Source: Candidatus Deferrimicrobium sp. (GTDB taxonomy: Bacteria; Desulfobacterota; Deferrimicrobia; Deferrimicrobiales; Deferrimicrobiaceae). Taken from it: a stretch of 25,756 nucleotides of DNA. The position numbers and the translations under genes are program-made. The notes below the pieces were generated by a model. The model had not been told where the DNA came from and did no database searches. It saw only the letters and a list, made by a program, of their open reading frames with translations. The DNA lies in NCBI GenBank assembly GCA_049685835.1, contig JBAVHM010000313.1:1-25756 (forward strand), given 5' to 3'. The first letter of the stretch is position 1; each line of letters begins with the position of its first letter. Below, piece by piece: positions 1-9,343 of the stretch.

Positions 1-723
1 GATCCGCACGGATCCCGTCGCGGGAGGCATGCTCACCCGTTGGATCTCCTGCGCCCCTGCGATCTCCGCCATCGAGAGCACGGCGACGAGGGCGGCGGTG
101 ACCAGCATCTCCTGGAGGCGGAGACCACGGGCGAGCTGGTGCGGCTCGACCGCCCCGCTCTCCAACAGCAGGTCGCCGATGTTCTTCTTCGTCAGCTGCT
201 GGCGCGCGAGGACGGCTTCCAGCTGCTCTCGCGTGATCCGGCCGGTGGCGACCAGGATCTCCCCGAGGCGGAACCGGACCGACGAGGGGGCCTCCCCGCC
301 CTGGAACTTCTGGAACGCGAGGACGGCGTCGAGCTGTCCCTTCGTCAGCGCGCCGCGCCGGACGAGAATCTCCCCGAGCTTCTCCCCGGTCCGGCGCTGC
401 TCCGAAAGCGCGTCCTCCAGCTGCTCCGGCGTGACTTTCCGCGCCTTCCGCAGCAACTCCCCGAGGCACTGCCGCACACCGGCCGCCGACCGGACGGCGT
501 CCTCGAGGGAGGCGAGGTCGCTCTGGATGGAGACCACGGCGGCGATCTCTTCCGGGTCCGCAACCTTCATGCGGACCAGCACCTCGCCCAGCAGCTCGTT
601 GGTCCGGTTCTGCTCCTCGAGCGCGGACGCCAGGTCACCTGGGGAGACGAACCCCCCGTCCACCAGCACCTGGCCGAGCAGCCGCCTTGCCGGACGGCCC
701 GGCGGCACGCTGTCTTTTCTCAT
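1..723 (-). CDS. Tandem MshEN-repeat (c-di-GMP-binding motif) protein with internal signal-peptide-like segment; 3'-partial, runs off the window
   Basis: Not in the ORF track. Manual translation from ATG 723 (GAGGG upstream) gives 241 codons with no stop: MRKDSVPPGRPARRLLGQVLVDGGFVSPGDLASALEEQNRTNELLGEVLV...KLGEILVRRGALTKGQLDAVLAFQ...RLGEILVATGRITREQLEAVLARQQLTKKNIGDLLLESGAVEPHQLARGLRLQEMLVTAALVAVLSMAEIAGAQEIQRVSMPPATGSVRI. GC-rich third codon positions. Confidence 0.85.
   Translation of the reverse strand, partial: MRKDSVPPGRPARRLLGQVLVDGGFVSPGDLASALEEQNRTNELLGEVLVRMKVADPEEIAAVVSIQSDLASLEDAVRSAAGVRQCLGELLRKARKVTPEQLEDALSEQRRTGEKLGEILVRRGALTKGQLDAVLAFQKFQGGEAPSSVRFRLGEILVATGRITREQLEAVLARQQLTKKNIGDLLLESGAVEPHQLARGLRLQEMLVTAALVAVLSMAEIAGAQEIQRVSMPPATGSVRI
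112..681 (-). repeat. Six 24-aa xLG..L...G......L...L..Q protein repeats (three MshEN-like pairs)
   Basis: Motifs at aa 15-38/44-67, 86-109/115-138 and 152-175/181-204. Each pair is joined by exactly 5 aa, matching the MshEN architecture. Confidence 0.85.
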
Positions 724-765
724 CCGTTCCCTCGCTTGGGCGGAATCTACCGGCCCTTGACGATT

Positions 766-792
766 CTATCGGCAGCGCCGGAAGAAATGTTC
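766..792 (-). promoter_or_regulatory. Sigma28 (FliA)-like promoter of the MshEN-repeat gene
   Basis: Minus strand GAACATTT-N11-GCCGATAG versus consensus TAAAGTTT-N11-GCCGATAA. The -10 matches 7/8 and lies 42 nt upstream of the ATG. Confidence 0.5.
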
Positions 793-825
793 AGCCGCGG
801 AAACGAAATGTCCAGTAACCGTTTA

Positions 826-854
826 GGAGAGAAGATCCCCCCGTATCGGGGGAA
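826..854 (-). terminator. Possible intrinsic terminator after the second pilin gene
   Basis: Minus strand TTCCCCCG-ATA-CGGGGGGA hairpin followed by TCTTCTCT, 13 nt after the stop at 868. Confidence 0.4.
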
Positions 855-867
855 GAAGCCGCTTTGG

Positions 868-1350
868 CTACGGAAGGATCGAAACGACCACCGAATCCGT
901 GTAGGCCCCGGCCATCGATCCGCGGAAATCCGCCCAGCGGACGGTCCCCGAGATGGCGAGGGTCTGCCGCCGGTTCCTTCGAACGGTTCCGGAGGCGGAG
1001 CTGAAGGCAAGGTCGTACGGGAGGAATTCCGGCGCGGTGGCGTGGCGCATCCGGCGGGCGCCGGGCCCGGACCGGTTCTGTCCGTTATCGTCCGTGACGC
1101 GGTACACAGCGAATTGTGGGCCTCCCCGGCAGACGAAGTCGATGGATGTCGTCGCGTTCACGTCGGCCGCGACGGCCGGGTTGATGGCGCCGAAATTGAG
1201 CGTGGATGTTCCCGTGTAGAACGTGCAGTTGCTCCTCGTAAGCACGGTCGCGGTGACGGCGAGGGTCTTCGTGTCCCCGCACGCCGCCGGGACGGCCGCG
1301 GCAAGAAACGCGAGGACGGCCAGCGCGGCGGCAACAGCGCCGGACCGCAT
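868..1350 (-). CDS. Csu-type (spore coat protein U domain) fimbrial subunit, probably minor pilin
   Basis: Signal peptide MRSGAVAAALAVLAFLAAAVPAACG; N-terminal strand TLAVTATV, C..LNFG, second Cys, RRM..LPY, C-terminal AGAYTDSVVVSILP. Start uncertain: ATG 1350 preferred, the ORF extends to GTG 1422. Confidence 0.8.
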   Translation of the reverse strand: MRSGAVAAALAVLAFLAAAVPAACGDTKTLAVTATVLTRSNCTFYTGTSTLNFGAINPAVAADVNATTSIDFVCRGGPQFAVYRVTDDNGQNRSGPGARRMRHATAPEFLPYDLAFSSASGTVRRNRRQTLAISGTVRWADFRGSMAGAYTDSVVVSILP

Positions 1351-1365
1351 TCCGGCGACGGAACG

Positions 1366-1395
1366 GTGAAGGGCGGCCGGGCGGCCGCCCTTCAC
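1366..1395. other. Perfect inverted repeat (stem-loop) between the two pilin genes
   Basis: GTGAAGGGCGGCCG (1366-1379) and CGGCCGCCCTTCAC (1382-1395) are exact reverse complements; no U-tract follows. Confidence 0.8.
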
Positions 1396-1434
1396 TGAAC
1401 GGATATTCCGGAAAAAGTTCACCGAACCGGACAG

Positions 1435-1899
1435 TTACGGGTTGATGGTGATCGAGACGGTGTCCGTGTAGTTTCCCGCGGTCGCCCCGGTGTAGTCAGC
1501 GGCCAATACCTGCCCGCCAATGGCCAGCGAGCGGGGAGAGCCGGGACCTGCGTTGGGAAGACCGTCGGGTGTGAGGGTCAGCGAGTAGGGGATCAGGTCG
1601 GTGGGGGCCGAACCGACCATCCGCCGCGACGTGCCGCTCCAGTGTGCTCCATTGCCGGCGGCGAGGGTAGCCGTCGGAACGCCCTTCGTGCACCAGAACT
1701 TTGTGGTCCCGGACCCGGTGACAAGCACCGGATTCGACGGATCCAGCGCCCCGAAGTCCAACGTGGAGGTCGCACTGACGAACTTGCAGGTCCCGGCCAC
1801 GCTGGCAGTGACCGTCAAGGTGTTGGTATCGCTGGCCCACGCCGCCCCGCCCGCGGCGAGCACCGCGAGCGCAAGGAATACCGCCATGCTTTTCTTCAT
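1435..1899 (-). CDS. Csu-type (spore coat protein U domain) fimbrial subunit, probably major pilin
   Basis: Signal peptide MKKSMAVFLALAVLAAGGAAWA; TLTVTASVAGTC, LDFG, FWC, RRM..IPYSL, AGNYTDTVSITINP. GGAGG (1910-1906) is 6 nt from ATG 1899 and directly abuts ATG 1905. Confidence 0.85.
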   Translation of the reverse strand: MKKSMAVFLALAVLAAGGAAWASDTNTLTVTASVAGTCKFVSATSTLDFGALDPSNPVLVTGSGTTKFWCTKGVPTATLAAGNGAHWSGTSRRMVGSAPTDLIPYSLTLTPDGLPNAGPGSPRSLAIGGQVLAADYTGATAGNYTDTVSITINP

Positions 1900-1955
1900 C
1901 TTCATCCTCCGTTCTTTTTACCGGCCGGTGCCGGGTTTTATCACATCCATCAGAC

Positions 1956-1983
1956 GTTTCGTCCGGTTCCGGAAGAAACTTTA
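1956..1983 (-). promoter_or_regulatory. Sigma28 (FliA)-like promoter of the pilin pair
   Basis: Minus strand TAAAGTTT (exact extended -35)-N12-GACGAAAC (weak -10, 5/8). Confidence 0.45.
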
Positions 1984-2194
1984 AGGAATAAATCGGAAAC
2001 CCGGTTGGGGGATTAAATTTTATTGCGTATTCCACCTGCATTCCTATTTGTCGCCGACCATCCGGCATTCCAGGTTCCTCCGGACTCCCCCGTCATAGGG
2101 ACGGGAAAGAAACCGTTTGTCCGGTACGCGCGGTTATCGTAGGCTGAAGTCGCACGCGTCGGACCGCGATGCAGCCGGACGTATCGGGGACATC

Positions 2195-4909
2195 ATGGGC
2201 GACTGGCACCGGCGGGAGATCGCGGACGTCGTTCGGGAGCTTCGGACCGACCCCGGGTCCGGGCTGACCGGCGCCGAGGCCGCGTCCCGTCTTCGCGCGA
2301 GCGGCCCCAACGAACTTCCCGAAGGCCCCCCGCTTCGCCCGGGACGCATCTTTCTCTCCCAGTTCGCCTCCACGATGGTGGGGGTCCTCCTTGCGGCGGC
2401 CGTCGTCTCCGCGCTGTTGGGCGACCTCGTGGACACCGTCGCGATCGTCGCCATCGTCTTCCTGAACGCGCTGCTCGGCTTCACCCAGGAGGTCCGCGCC
2501 GAAAAGGCGATGGCGGCGCTGTCGCGCCTTGCCGCCCCCGTGGTGAAGGTTCGGCGGGACGGAGGGGTCCGGGAGATCCCCGCCCGGGAGCTCGTCCCCG
2601 GCGACATCCTTCTCCTGGAAACGGGAGACCGCGTCCCGGCCGACGCCCGACTCGTCGAGGGACACTCCCTGCGCACCGACGAATCCACCCTGACCGGCGA
2701 ATCCACCCCCGTGGAGAAATCCCCGGATCCGCTCCCCGGCCCCGACCTGCCCGTCGGCGACCGGCGGAACTCTCTTTACCTCGGCACCATCGTCGTCCAC
2801 GGGCGCGCCACGGCCGTGACGACCGGCACTGGCCGGGATACCGAGCTGGGACGGATCGCGCGGATGCTCTCCGAGGTGCGCCGCGAAGCGACGCCGCTAC
2901 AGCGCCGGATGGCCGATCTCGGCAGGAACCTCGCGCTGCTCGTCCTCGCGATCGTCGCCCTCATCTTCGGAATGGGGATGTTGCGGGGAGAGGATCCCGT
3001 GCTGCTGTTTCTCACCGCCGCGAGCCTCGCGGTCGCCGCGATCCCCGAGGGGCTGCCCGCCGTGGTGACGGTCACCCTGGCTCTCGGTTCGCAGCGGATG
3101 CTGGCCCGCCGCGCCCTCATCCGGAAGCTCCCGGCCGTGGAGACGCTCGGCTCGGTCACCGTCATCTGCTCGGACAAGACGGGGACGCTCACCCGGAACC
3201 GGATGGACGTCTCGGAGATCCACTCCGCGGGGAGGCGGATCGTCTTCACCGCGAACACCCCCGCTCCGGAATTGCCGCCCCCCCACGCGCTCCTCGCGGC
3301 GGCGTGCGTCCTCTGCAACGACGCGGTCCCCCCGGCGGCGATCGGATCGACCGCGCTGGGGGATCCGACGGAGATCGCCCTCCTTGCCGCCGCCGCGGGG
3401 GCGGGGCTTTCGAAGGAAACGCTGGAGCGGTCCTTCCCTCGCGTCGCGGAAGTTCCCTTCTCCCCGGAGCGGAAACGGATGACCACCGCGCACGCCGTGT
3501 CCGCGGGCGGGATCCCCCTGGCCGACGGGTCGGACCCGGGCCTCTCCGCCGTTTTCCCGAACGTCGCCGGCGCCGCCGGGTTCGTCGTGACGAAGGGGGC
3601 CGCGGACATGCTGGTCCCGCTATGCGTCGCGGAGTGGACGGAACGCGGCGTCCTTCCCCTCGCCCCTGTCGGCCGGGAGCGGATCCTCGCGGAGAACGCG
3701 GCGATGGCGGGGCGCGGACTGCGGGTGCTCGGCGTCGCCTTCCGGACATTGGCGGACGCCCCCGCGGGAGCACCCGCGGGCGAACTGGAGGAGGGCCTCT
3801 CCTTCCTCGGGCTGGTGGGGATGATCGACCCGCCGCGTCCCGAGGCGGAGGAGGCGGTGCGGACGTGCCGCGCCGCCGGGATCCGCCCGGTGATGATCAC
3901 GGGGGACCACCCGCGGACAGCCCTCGCCGTCGCGCGATCGCTGGGGATCGGGGGAGACGACACCGTGGTCACCGGGGCGGAGCTCTCTCAGAGGACCACC
4001 GGCGAAATCGCGACCCTCGTTCGGCATGCAGATGTCTACGCCCGCGTCTCCCCGGGGCACAAGCTCTCCATCGTGTCAGCGCTCCAGACGGACGGGCACG
4101 TCGTGGCGATGACCGGGGACGGAGTGAACGACGCCCCCGCGCTGCGCAAGGCCGACATCGGCGTCGCGATGGGAGCCAGCGGGACCGACGTGGCGCGGGA
4201 GGCGGCGGAGATGATCCTCACCGACGACAACTTCGCCACCATCGTCGCCGCCGTCGGGGAAGGCCGGGTCATCTACGACAACGTGCGCAAGTTCATCCTC
4301 TACATCCTCGCCAGCAACGTCGGGGAGATCCTCGTGATGCTGCTGGGCCCCCTTCTCGGGATGCCGCTGCCGCTCCTCCCGCTGCAGATCCTCTGGATCA
4401 ACCTGCTCACCGACGGGTTGCCGGCGCTGGCGCTTGGGGTGGAGCCGGCGGAGGGGGACGTGATGCGCCGCCCGCCGCGCTCTCCGTCGGAGGGCGTGCT
4501 GACCCGCGGAGCGTGGGCGTACGTGCTCGGGGTCGGCGCGCTGCTCGGAATCTTGTGCCTCGCGGTGGCGCTCCCCCTGTACCTGGCGGAGGACCCGTCG
4601 TGGCGGACCGCTCTCTTCACCACCCTCACCTTCACCCAGATGGCGCATGTCCTCGCGATCCGTTCCAGGCGAGAGACGCTCTTCCGCCGCGGCATCTTCA
4701 CGAACCGCCCGCTTCTCCTCGCCGTGGCCTGCACCGTGCTCCTGCAGCTGGCGGCGGTGTACGCGCCCCCGCTGCAGCCGATCTTCCGCACCGTCCCCCT
4801 TCTCCCGGGTACCCTTGCGCTGTGTGCCGTCGCGAGCGCAGCGCTCTTCTTCTCCCTCGAGGGAGGAAAATACGTCGTCGGTCTTGCCCGCGGACGATCG
4901 CGCGAATAG
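2195..4909 (+). CDS. P-type IIA (Ca2+-transporting-like) cation ATPase
   Basis: TGES, IPEGLP, DKTGTLT phosphorylation motif, [36 protein letters not shown] 2195 follows GGGGA. Confidence 0.92.
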   Translation: MGDWHRREIADVVRELRTDPGSGLTGAEAASRLRASGPNELPEGPPLRPGRIFLSQFASTMVGVLLAAAVVSALLGDLVDTVAIVAIVFLNALLGFTQEVRAEKAMAALSRLAAPVVKVRRDGGVREIPARELVPGDILLLETGDRVPADARLVEGHSLRTDESTLTGESTPVEKSPDPLPGPDLPVGDRRNSLYLGTIVVHGRATAVTTGTGRDTELGRIARMLSEVRREATPLQRRMADLGRNLALLVLAIVALIFGMGMLRGEDPVLLFLTAASLAVAAIPEGLPAVVTVTLALGSQRMLARRALIRKLPAVETLGSVTVICSDKTGTLTRNRMDVSEIHSAGRRIVFTANTPAPELPPPHALLAAACVLCNDAVPPAAIGSTALGDPTEIALLAAAAGAGLSKETLERSFPRVAEVPFSPERKRMTTAHAVSAGGIPLADGSDPGLSAVFPNVAGAAGFVVTKGAADMLVPLCVAEWTERGVLPLAPVGRERILAENAAMAGRGLRVLGVAFRTLADAPAGAPAGELEEGLSFLGLVGMIDPPRPEAEEAVRTCRAAGIRPVMITGDHPRTALAVARSLGIGGDDTVVTGAELSQRTTGEIATLVRHADVYARVSPGHKLSIVSALQTDGHVVAMTGDGVNDAPALRKADIGVAMGASGTDVAREAAEMILTDDNFATIVAAVGEGRVIYDNVRKFILYILASNVGEILVMLLGPLLGMPLPLLPLQILWINLLTDGLPALALGVEPAEGDVMRRPPRSPSEGVLTRGAWAYVLGVGALLGILCLAVALPLYLAEDPSWRTALFTTLTFTQMAHVLAIRSRRETLFRRGIFTNRPLLLAVACTVLLQLAAVYAPPLQPIFRTVPLLPGTLALCAVASAALFFSLEGGKYVVGLARGRSRE

Positions 4910-4972
4910 AATGGAAGCATTATCCGCAGTGCGTGCGCGCAAGGATTACGAACGCTGGAAAGGTGTTCCCCG

Positions 4973-5518
4973 ATGAAGATCGACCCGCTCGTGTTCCACG
5001 CGAAATTCCCCCACCACTGCGCGCTCGACCGGTGCAAGAGCCGCTGCTGCCGGCACGGCGTCTGGGCCGACATCGGGGAGCGGGAGGCGATCCTGCGGCA
5101 CGCGAACCTCTTCCTCCCCTTCGTCCGGCTTGCGGCGAGAAACCCTTCCCTCTGGTTCGGCGAGACGAAGAAAGATTCCGACTGCCCGAGCGGCGTGGCG
5201 GTCGAGACGAACGTGATCGACGACGCGTGCGTCTTCTTCCATCCGGGCCACGGCTGCTCCCTGCAGAAGGCGGCGACCGAACGGGGCCGGCACGAGTGGG
5301 AGTTCAAGCCGCGCTTCTGCATCATGTTCCCGCTTGTTGTCTCGGAGGGGGTGCTGACCGTCGACGAGGACATGGACGAGGTGTGGTGCCTGAAGGACGA
5401 GAACCGGACCCACCCGATCCTCGACGCGGTGGAGAAGGAAGTGGATCACCTCTTCCCCGGGGAAATCGCACGCAAACTCCACAAGGGGAACGGCGCGAAG
5501 AAACCGTCCGCGGCGTAA
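4973..5518 (+). CDS. Cys-rich putative metal/Fe-S cluster protein (DUF3109/YkgJ-like)
   Basis: CxxxCCxxG, ACVF..GCSL, KPxxCxMFP motifs. AAAGG upstream of the ATG. Confidence 0.65.
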   Translation: MKIDPLVFHAKFPHHCALDRCKSRCCRHGVWADIGEREAILRHANLFLPFVRLAARNPSLWFGETKKDSDCPSGVAVETNVIDDACVFFHPGHGCSLQKAATERGRHEWEFKPRFCIMFPLVVSEGVLTVDEDMDEVWCLKDENRTHPILDAVEKEVDHLFPGEIARKLHKGNGAKKPSAA

Positions 5519-5545
5519 CCGCTTCCGGAAAGCGTGCGGTCCGCC

Positions 5546-6286
5546 TCACTTTTTCCCGAACACGTCCTTCAACAGATCGGTTACCCGGGCCGCCGGGTCG
5601 GTGCGGATCTTCGTCTCCTCCTGCCCCAGAACGAGGAACAGTCCGTCGAGCGCCTTGGTGGTGACGTGGTCGTCCAGGTCGACCGACTCGGCCTTGCCGC
5701 CCACCAACGTCAGCGCGGCGTACTTCCCGACCATGTTCTTGTAGGAGCGCGTCACACCGACCTCGTCCATGCTCGAGGAAACGACGGGACGGAATTCGTC
5801 GTACAGCTTCTTCTGGGTCTTCCCCCGGAAATAGTCCGTCGCCGCCGTGTCCCCGCCGCCCAGGATCTTGAGCGCATCCTCGAACGTCATCGCCCGGATC
5901 GCCTCGACGAAGTGGGCCTTCGCCAGCGGCGCGGCCTTCTCCGCCGCGCGGTTCATGCTGAGGACGAAATCGTCCACCTCCTTCTGGTACCCCACCTTGC
6001 CGAGCACGTCGGCGACCTTGCGGACCTTCTCCGGGACCAGGATCCGGATGGCCTGGTTGGCGAAGTACCCGTCCACCTTCGACGTGGAGGAGACCGCGTT
6101 CGCGCTGCCGACGGTGAGGGCCTCTTTCAGCCCGTCGACGACCTTCGCGTCGTCCGGGCCGGATCCGGGAACCCCGGGGACCTCCCCCCCTCCGATCGCC
6201 TTGCCGATATCGTCCATCAGGCCCGCGTGCGATACGGCCCCGACGAAGAACAGGATCGCGGTCGCCACGACGATTCTTTTGCCCGT
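5546..6286 (-). CDS. DUF4197-like exported protein
   Basis: GLKEAL, DGYF.N..IRI..P, SMNRAAEKA, DA..IL.GGDTAATDYF, ALDGLF....EE..IR.DPAAR.TDLL..VFG. The signal peptide is complete only from ACG 6286; the nearest canonical start is GTG 6268. Confidence 0.8.
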   Translation of the reverse strand, partial: TGKRIVVATAILFFVGAVSHAGLMDDIGKAIGGGEVPGVPGSGPDDAKVVDGLKEALTVGSANAVSSTSKVDGYFANQAIRILVPEKVRKVADVLGKVGYQKEVDDFVLSMNRAAEKAAPLAKAHFVEAIRAMTFEDALKILGGGDTAATDYFRGKTQKKLYDEFRPVVSSSMDEVGVTRSYKNMVGKYAALTLVGGKAESVDLDDHVTTKALDGLFLVLGQEETKIRTDPAARVTDLLKDVFGKK

Positions 6287-6319
6287 GACATGCTCCTTTC
6301 TTGGCTTGCTACAGGCTGT

Positions 6320-9154
6320 TTACCCCGCGACGGCGGGGAGGTGGAGAACCCGTCGCAGGAAGTGCCCGGTGAAGGAGCGCGGGTTCGCCGCCACCTCTTC
6401 GGGGGTGCCGCACGCGACGATCTCTCCTCCGGCGTCGCCCCCTTCCGGCCCCAGGTCGATGATGTGGTCCGCCGACTTGATGACATCCAGGTTGTGCTCG
6501 ATGATGATCACCGTGTTCCCCGCGTCCGAGAACAGGTGGAGGACGGAGAGGAGCTTCGAGATGTCGTCGAAGTGGAGCCCCGTCGTCGGCTCGTCGAGCA
6601 GGTAGACCGTCTTCCCCGTCGCCCGGCGCGACAGTTCCCGCGCGAGCTTCACCCGCTGCGCCTCCCCGCCCGACAGCGTAGTCGCGGACTGCCCCAGCCG
6701 GATGTACCCCAGCCCCACGCGCGACAGCGTCTCCAGTTTGTGCCGGATCGGCGGGATGGGGGAAAGGAACGCCAGCGCCTGGTCGACCGTCATCTCGAGG
6801 ACGTCGGCGACGCTCTTCCCCTTGTAGGCGACCTCGAGCGTCTCCCGGTTGTACCGCCGCCCCCGGCACTCCTCGCACGTGACGTAGACGTCCGGCATGA
6901 AGTGCATCTCGATCTTGATGATCCCGTCCCCCTCGCACGCCTCGCACCGCCCCCCCTTCACGTTGAAGGAGTAGCGCCCGGGACGATACCCGCGGGATTT
7001 GCTCTCGGGGAGCATCGCGAACAGGTCCCGGATCGGCGTGAAGACGCCGGAGTAGGTCGCAGGGTTCGATCGCGGGGTACGCCCGATGGGGGACTGGTCG
7101 ATGTGGATCACCTTGTCCACGTGTTCCAGCCCCGACAGCGACCGGTGCTCCCCGGGCCGCTCCCGTCCGCCGGTGAGCTTCTGGGCGAGCGCCTTGTGGA
7201 GAGTGTCGAGGATCAGCGTCGACTTCCCGGAGCCCGAGACCCCGGTGACGCACGTGATGACCCCGAGCGGGATCGTCACGTCGATCCCCTTCAGGTTGTT
7301 TGCCCGGCATCCCTCGAGCCGCAGCGCCTGCCCGTTGAAGCGCCGCCGCTCCCGCGGCACGGGGATCTCCTTCTTCCCCGCGAGATACCGCCCGGTGAGC
7401 GACGCCTCGCACCGGACGATCTCCTCCGGGGGGCCCGCCGCCACCACGTGCCCGCCGTGCTCCCCCGCGCCCGGCCCCATGTCGATCACATAGTCCGCGG
7501 TCCGGATCGTCTCCTCGTCGTGCTCGACGACCAGCACCGTGTTTCCCAGGTCGCGCAGCCGGGTCAGGGTGGACAGGAGCCGCCGGTTGTCCCGCTGGTG
7601 CAGCCCGATCGACGGCTCGTCGAGGATGTAGAGAACGCCCATCAGCGACGCGCCGATCTGCGTGGCCAAACGGATCCGCTGCCCCTCGCCCCCGGACAGG
7701 GTCGCGGAGGCCCGGGACAGCGTCAGGTAGGAGAGACCGACGTTCGCGAGGAAGGTGAGGCGCGACCGGATCTCCTTCAGGATGCGCGCCGCGATCTCTT
7801 CTTCCCGCGCCTGGAGAGGGAGGTCGCGGAAGAAGGCGAGCGCCTCCCCAACGGGCAGGGCGGTCACGCCGTCGATCCCCTTCCCCCCGACGGTGACACA
7901 CAGCGCCTCTTTCTTCAGCCGCGCGCCCCCGCACGCCCGGCACAGCCGGTTGTTCATGTACCGGGAGAGCTCTTCCCGCACATCCTCGGAGTCGGTCTCC
8001 CGGAAGCGCCGCTCGAGGTTGTTCACCACCCCCTCGAACGGCTTCGTGAAGGAGAATTGCCGATCCCCTTCCTCGAGGGCGAACCGGATCGACTCCCCGG
8101 CCGATCCGAAGAGGACGAGACGGCGGACACGCTCCGGGAGCTTCCCGAACGGCGTGTCGAGGGAGAACCGGTAGTGGGACGCGAGGGAGGCGAGCGTCTG
8201 GCGGTAGAAGATCTGCGTGCGGCGGCTCCACGGGTCGATCGCCCCCTGCCGGATCGTCTTCCCGGGGTCGGGGACCACCAGGTCGGGGTCGAAGTAGATC
8301 GTCGACCCGAGCCCGTCGCACTCGGGGCACGCGCCGTGAGGGCTGTTGAAGGAGAAGAGGCGCGGGGCGACCTCGGGAAGGCTCACGCCGCAGTCGGGGC
8401 AGGCGAACTTCTCGCTGCAGATCGTCCCGTTCCCCTCCCCGTCCACCACGCGCACCAGCCCCTCGGACAGCTTGAGACACAAGGCCACGGAGTCGGCCAG
8501 CCGGCCGCGCGTCCCTTCCGAGACCTTCAGCCGGTCCACGACGACGTCGATGTCGTGCTTGCGCTGCTTGTCGAGAGCGATCGGCTCGGCGGGATCCCTC
8601 GCCTCCCCGTCAACCACGACGCGGGAAAACCCGTCGCGGGACAGCTTCGCGAGCTCCTTGCGATACTCCCCCTTCCGTCCCCGGACGATCGGCGCCCACA
8701 GCTGTACCCGCGCGCCGTCCCCCATCGCCATCACGGCGTCGACGATCTGCGTGACCGTCTGCCGGCGAATCTCCTTCCCGCAGGAGGGGCAGTGGACCCG
8801 TCCGATGGAGGCGAACAGCAGCCGCAGGTAGTCGTAGATCTCGGTGACCGTCCCGACGGTGGAGCGGGGATTCTTCCCGACCGACTTCTGCTCGATGGAG
8901 ATGGCGGGGGAGAGCCCCTCGATCACGTCGACGTCGGGCTTCTCCATCTGCTCGAGGAACTGCCGGGCGTAGGCGGAGAGCGACTCCACGTACCGCCGCT
9001 GCCCCTCGGCGTAGATCGTGTCGAAGGCGAGCGACGATTTCCCGGAGCCCGAGACCCCGGTGATCACGACGAGACGGTCGCGGGGGATCTCGACGTCGAT
9101 GTTTTTCAGGTTGTGCGCGCGGGCGCCGCGCACGACGATCCGGTCCAGGGCCAC
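6320..9154 (-). CDS. uvrA: Excinuclease ABC subunit A
   Basis: [10 protein letters not shown], two Walker A motifs (GVSGSGKS), LSGGE signatures, CxxC zinc fingers, [19 protein letters not shown] favours GTG 9154 over GTG 9160. Confidence 0.97.
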   Translation of the reverse strand: MALDRIVVRGARAHNLKNIDVEIPRDRLVVITGVSGSGKSSLAFDTIYAEGQRRYVESLSAYARQFLEQMEKPDVDVIEGLSPAISIEQKSVGKNPRSTVGTVTEIYDYLRLLFASIGRVHCPSCGKEIRRQTVTQIVDAVMAMGDGARVQLWAPIVRGRKGEYRKELAKLSRDGFSRVVVDGEARDPAEPIALDKQRKHDIDVVVDRLKVSEGTRGRLADSVALCLKLSEGLVRVVDGEGNGTICSEKFACPDCGVSLPEVAPRLFSFNSPHGACPECDGLGSTIYFDPDLVVPDPGKTIRQGAIDPWSRRTQIFYRQTLASLASHYRFSLDTPFGKLPERVRRLVLFGSAGESIRFALEEGDRQFSFTKPFEGVVNNLERRFRETDSEDVREELSRYMNNRLCRACGGARLKKEALCVTVGGKGIDGVTALPVGEALAFFRDLPLQAREEEIAARILKEIRSRLTFLANVGLSYLTLSRASATLSGGEGQRIRLATQIGASLMGVLYILDEPSIGLHQRDNRRLLSTLTRLRDLGNTVLVVEHDEETIRTADYVIDMGPGAGEHGGHVVAAGPPEEIVRCEASLTGRYLAGKKEIPVPRERRRFNGQALRLEGCRANNLKGIDVTIPLGVITCVTGVSGSGKSTLILDTLHKALAQKLTGGRERPGEHRSLSGLEHVDKVIHIDQSPIGRTPRSNPATYSGVFTPIRDLFAMLPESKSRGYRPGRYSFNVKGGRCEACEGDGIIKIEMHFMPDVYVTCEECRGRRYNRETLEVAYKGKSVADVLEMTVDQALAFLSPIPPIRHKLETLSRVGLGYIRLGQSATTLSGGEAQRVKLARELSRRATGKTVYLLDEPTTGLHFDDISKLLSVLHLFSDAGNTVIIIEHNLDVIKSADHIIDLGPEGGDAGGEIVACGTPEEVAANPRSFTGHFLRRVLHLPAVAG

Positions 9155-9250
9155 AGCCACTTCTCCTCAGTGGTTCCAATCATAATTACGGCAAGGTATC
9201 CAAACCGATCCCGGAAGCCAGGGGGCCTCCGGGACTACCCCTTCGGCGGA

Positions 9251-9343
9251 GTCGCCGCAGGAGGGGGGCGGAGTGAGGTAAAGCGCAGCCGTGCAGGTTC
9301 ACCGCACGGCGAGCCACGAACGGAGCTCCCTCTCCGAGGCGGC
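9251..9343 (+). repeat. Structured intergenic element (REP/MITE-like or small RNA), single copy in the window
   Basis: Inner hairpin GCCGTGC(9288-9294)/GCACGGC(9304-9310). Outer pairing GGAGGGGGG(9260-9268)/TCCCTCTCC(9327-9335) and GTCGCC/GGCGGC, using G-U pairs. Confidence 0.45.

Noticed and set aside
29..1398. Plus-strand ORFs 29..760 and 40..1398
   Set aside because: Antisense shadows of the minus-strand MshEN and pilin genes, with no recognisable motifs.
1906..2190. Possible c-di-GMP riboswitch or sigma54 promoter upstream of the pilins
   Set aside because: No convincing GEMM-type core and no correctly spaced GG-N10-GC with TGGCAC/TTGC context found by eye.
5519..5545. Small hairpin between convergent genes
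   Set aside because: Short stem without U-tracts; too weak to call a terminator.
3304..5664. 786-aa Arg/Gly/Pro-rich ORF
   Set aside because: Alternate frame over the ATPase and Cys protein; a typical high-GC artefact.
9161..9237. LexA/SOS box upstream of uvrA
   Set aside because: No match to LexA motifs I know (CTGT-N8-ACAG, GAAC-N4-GTTC, GGTT-N2-C-N4-G-N3-ACC).
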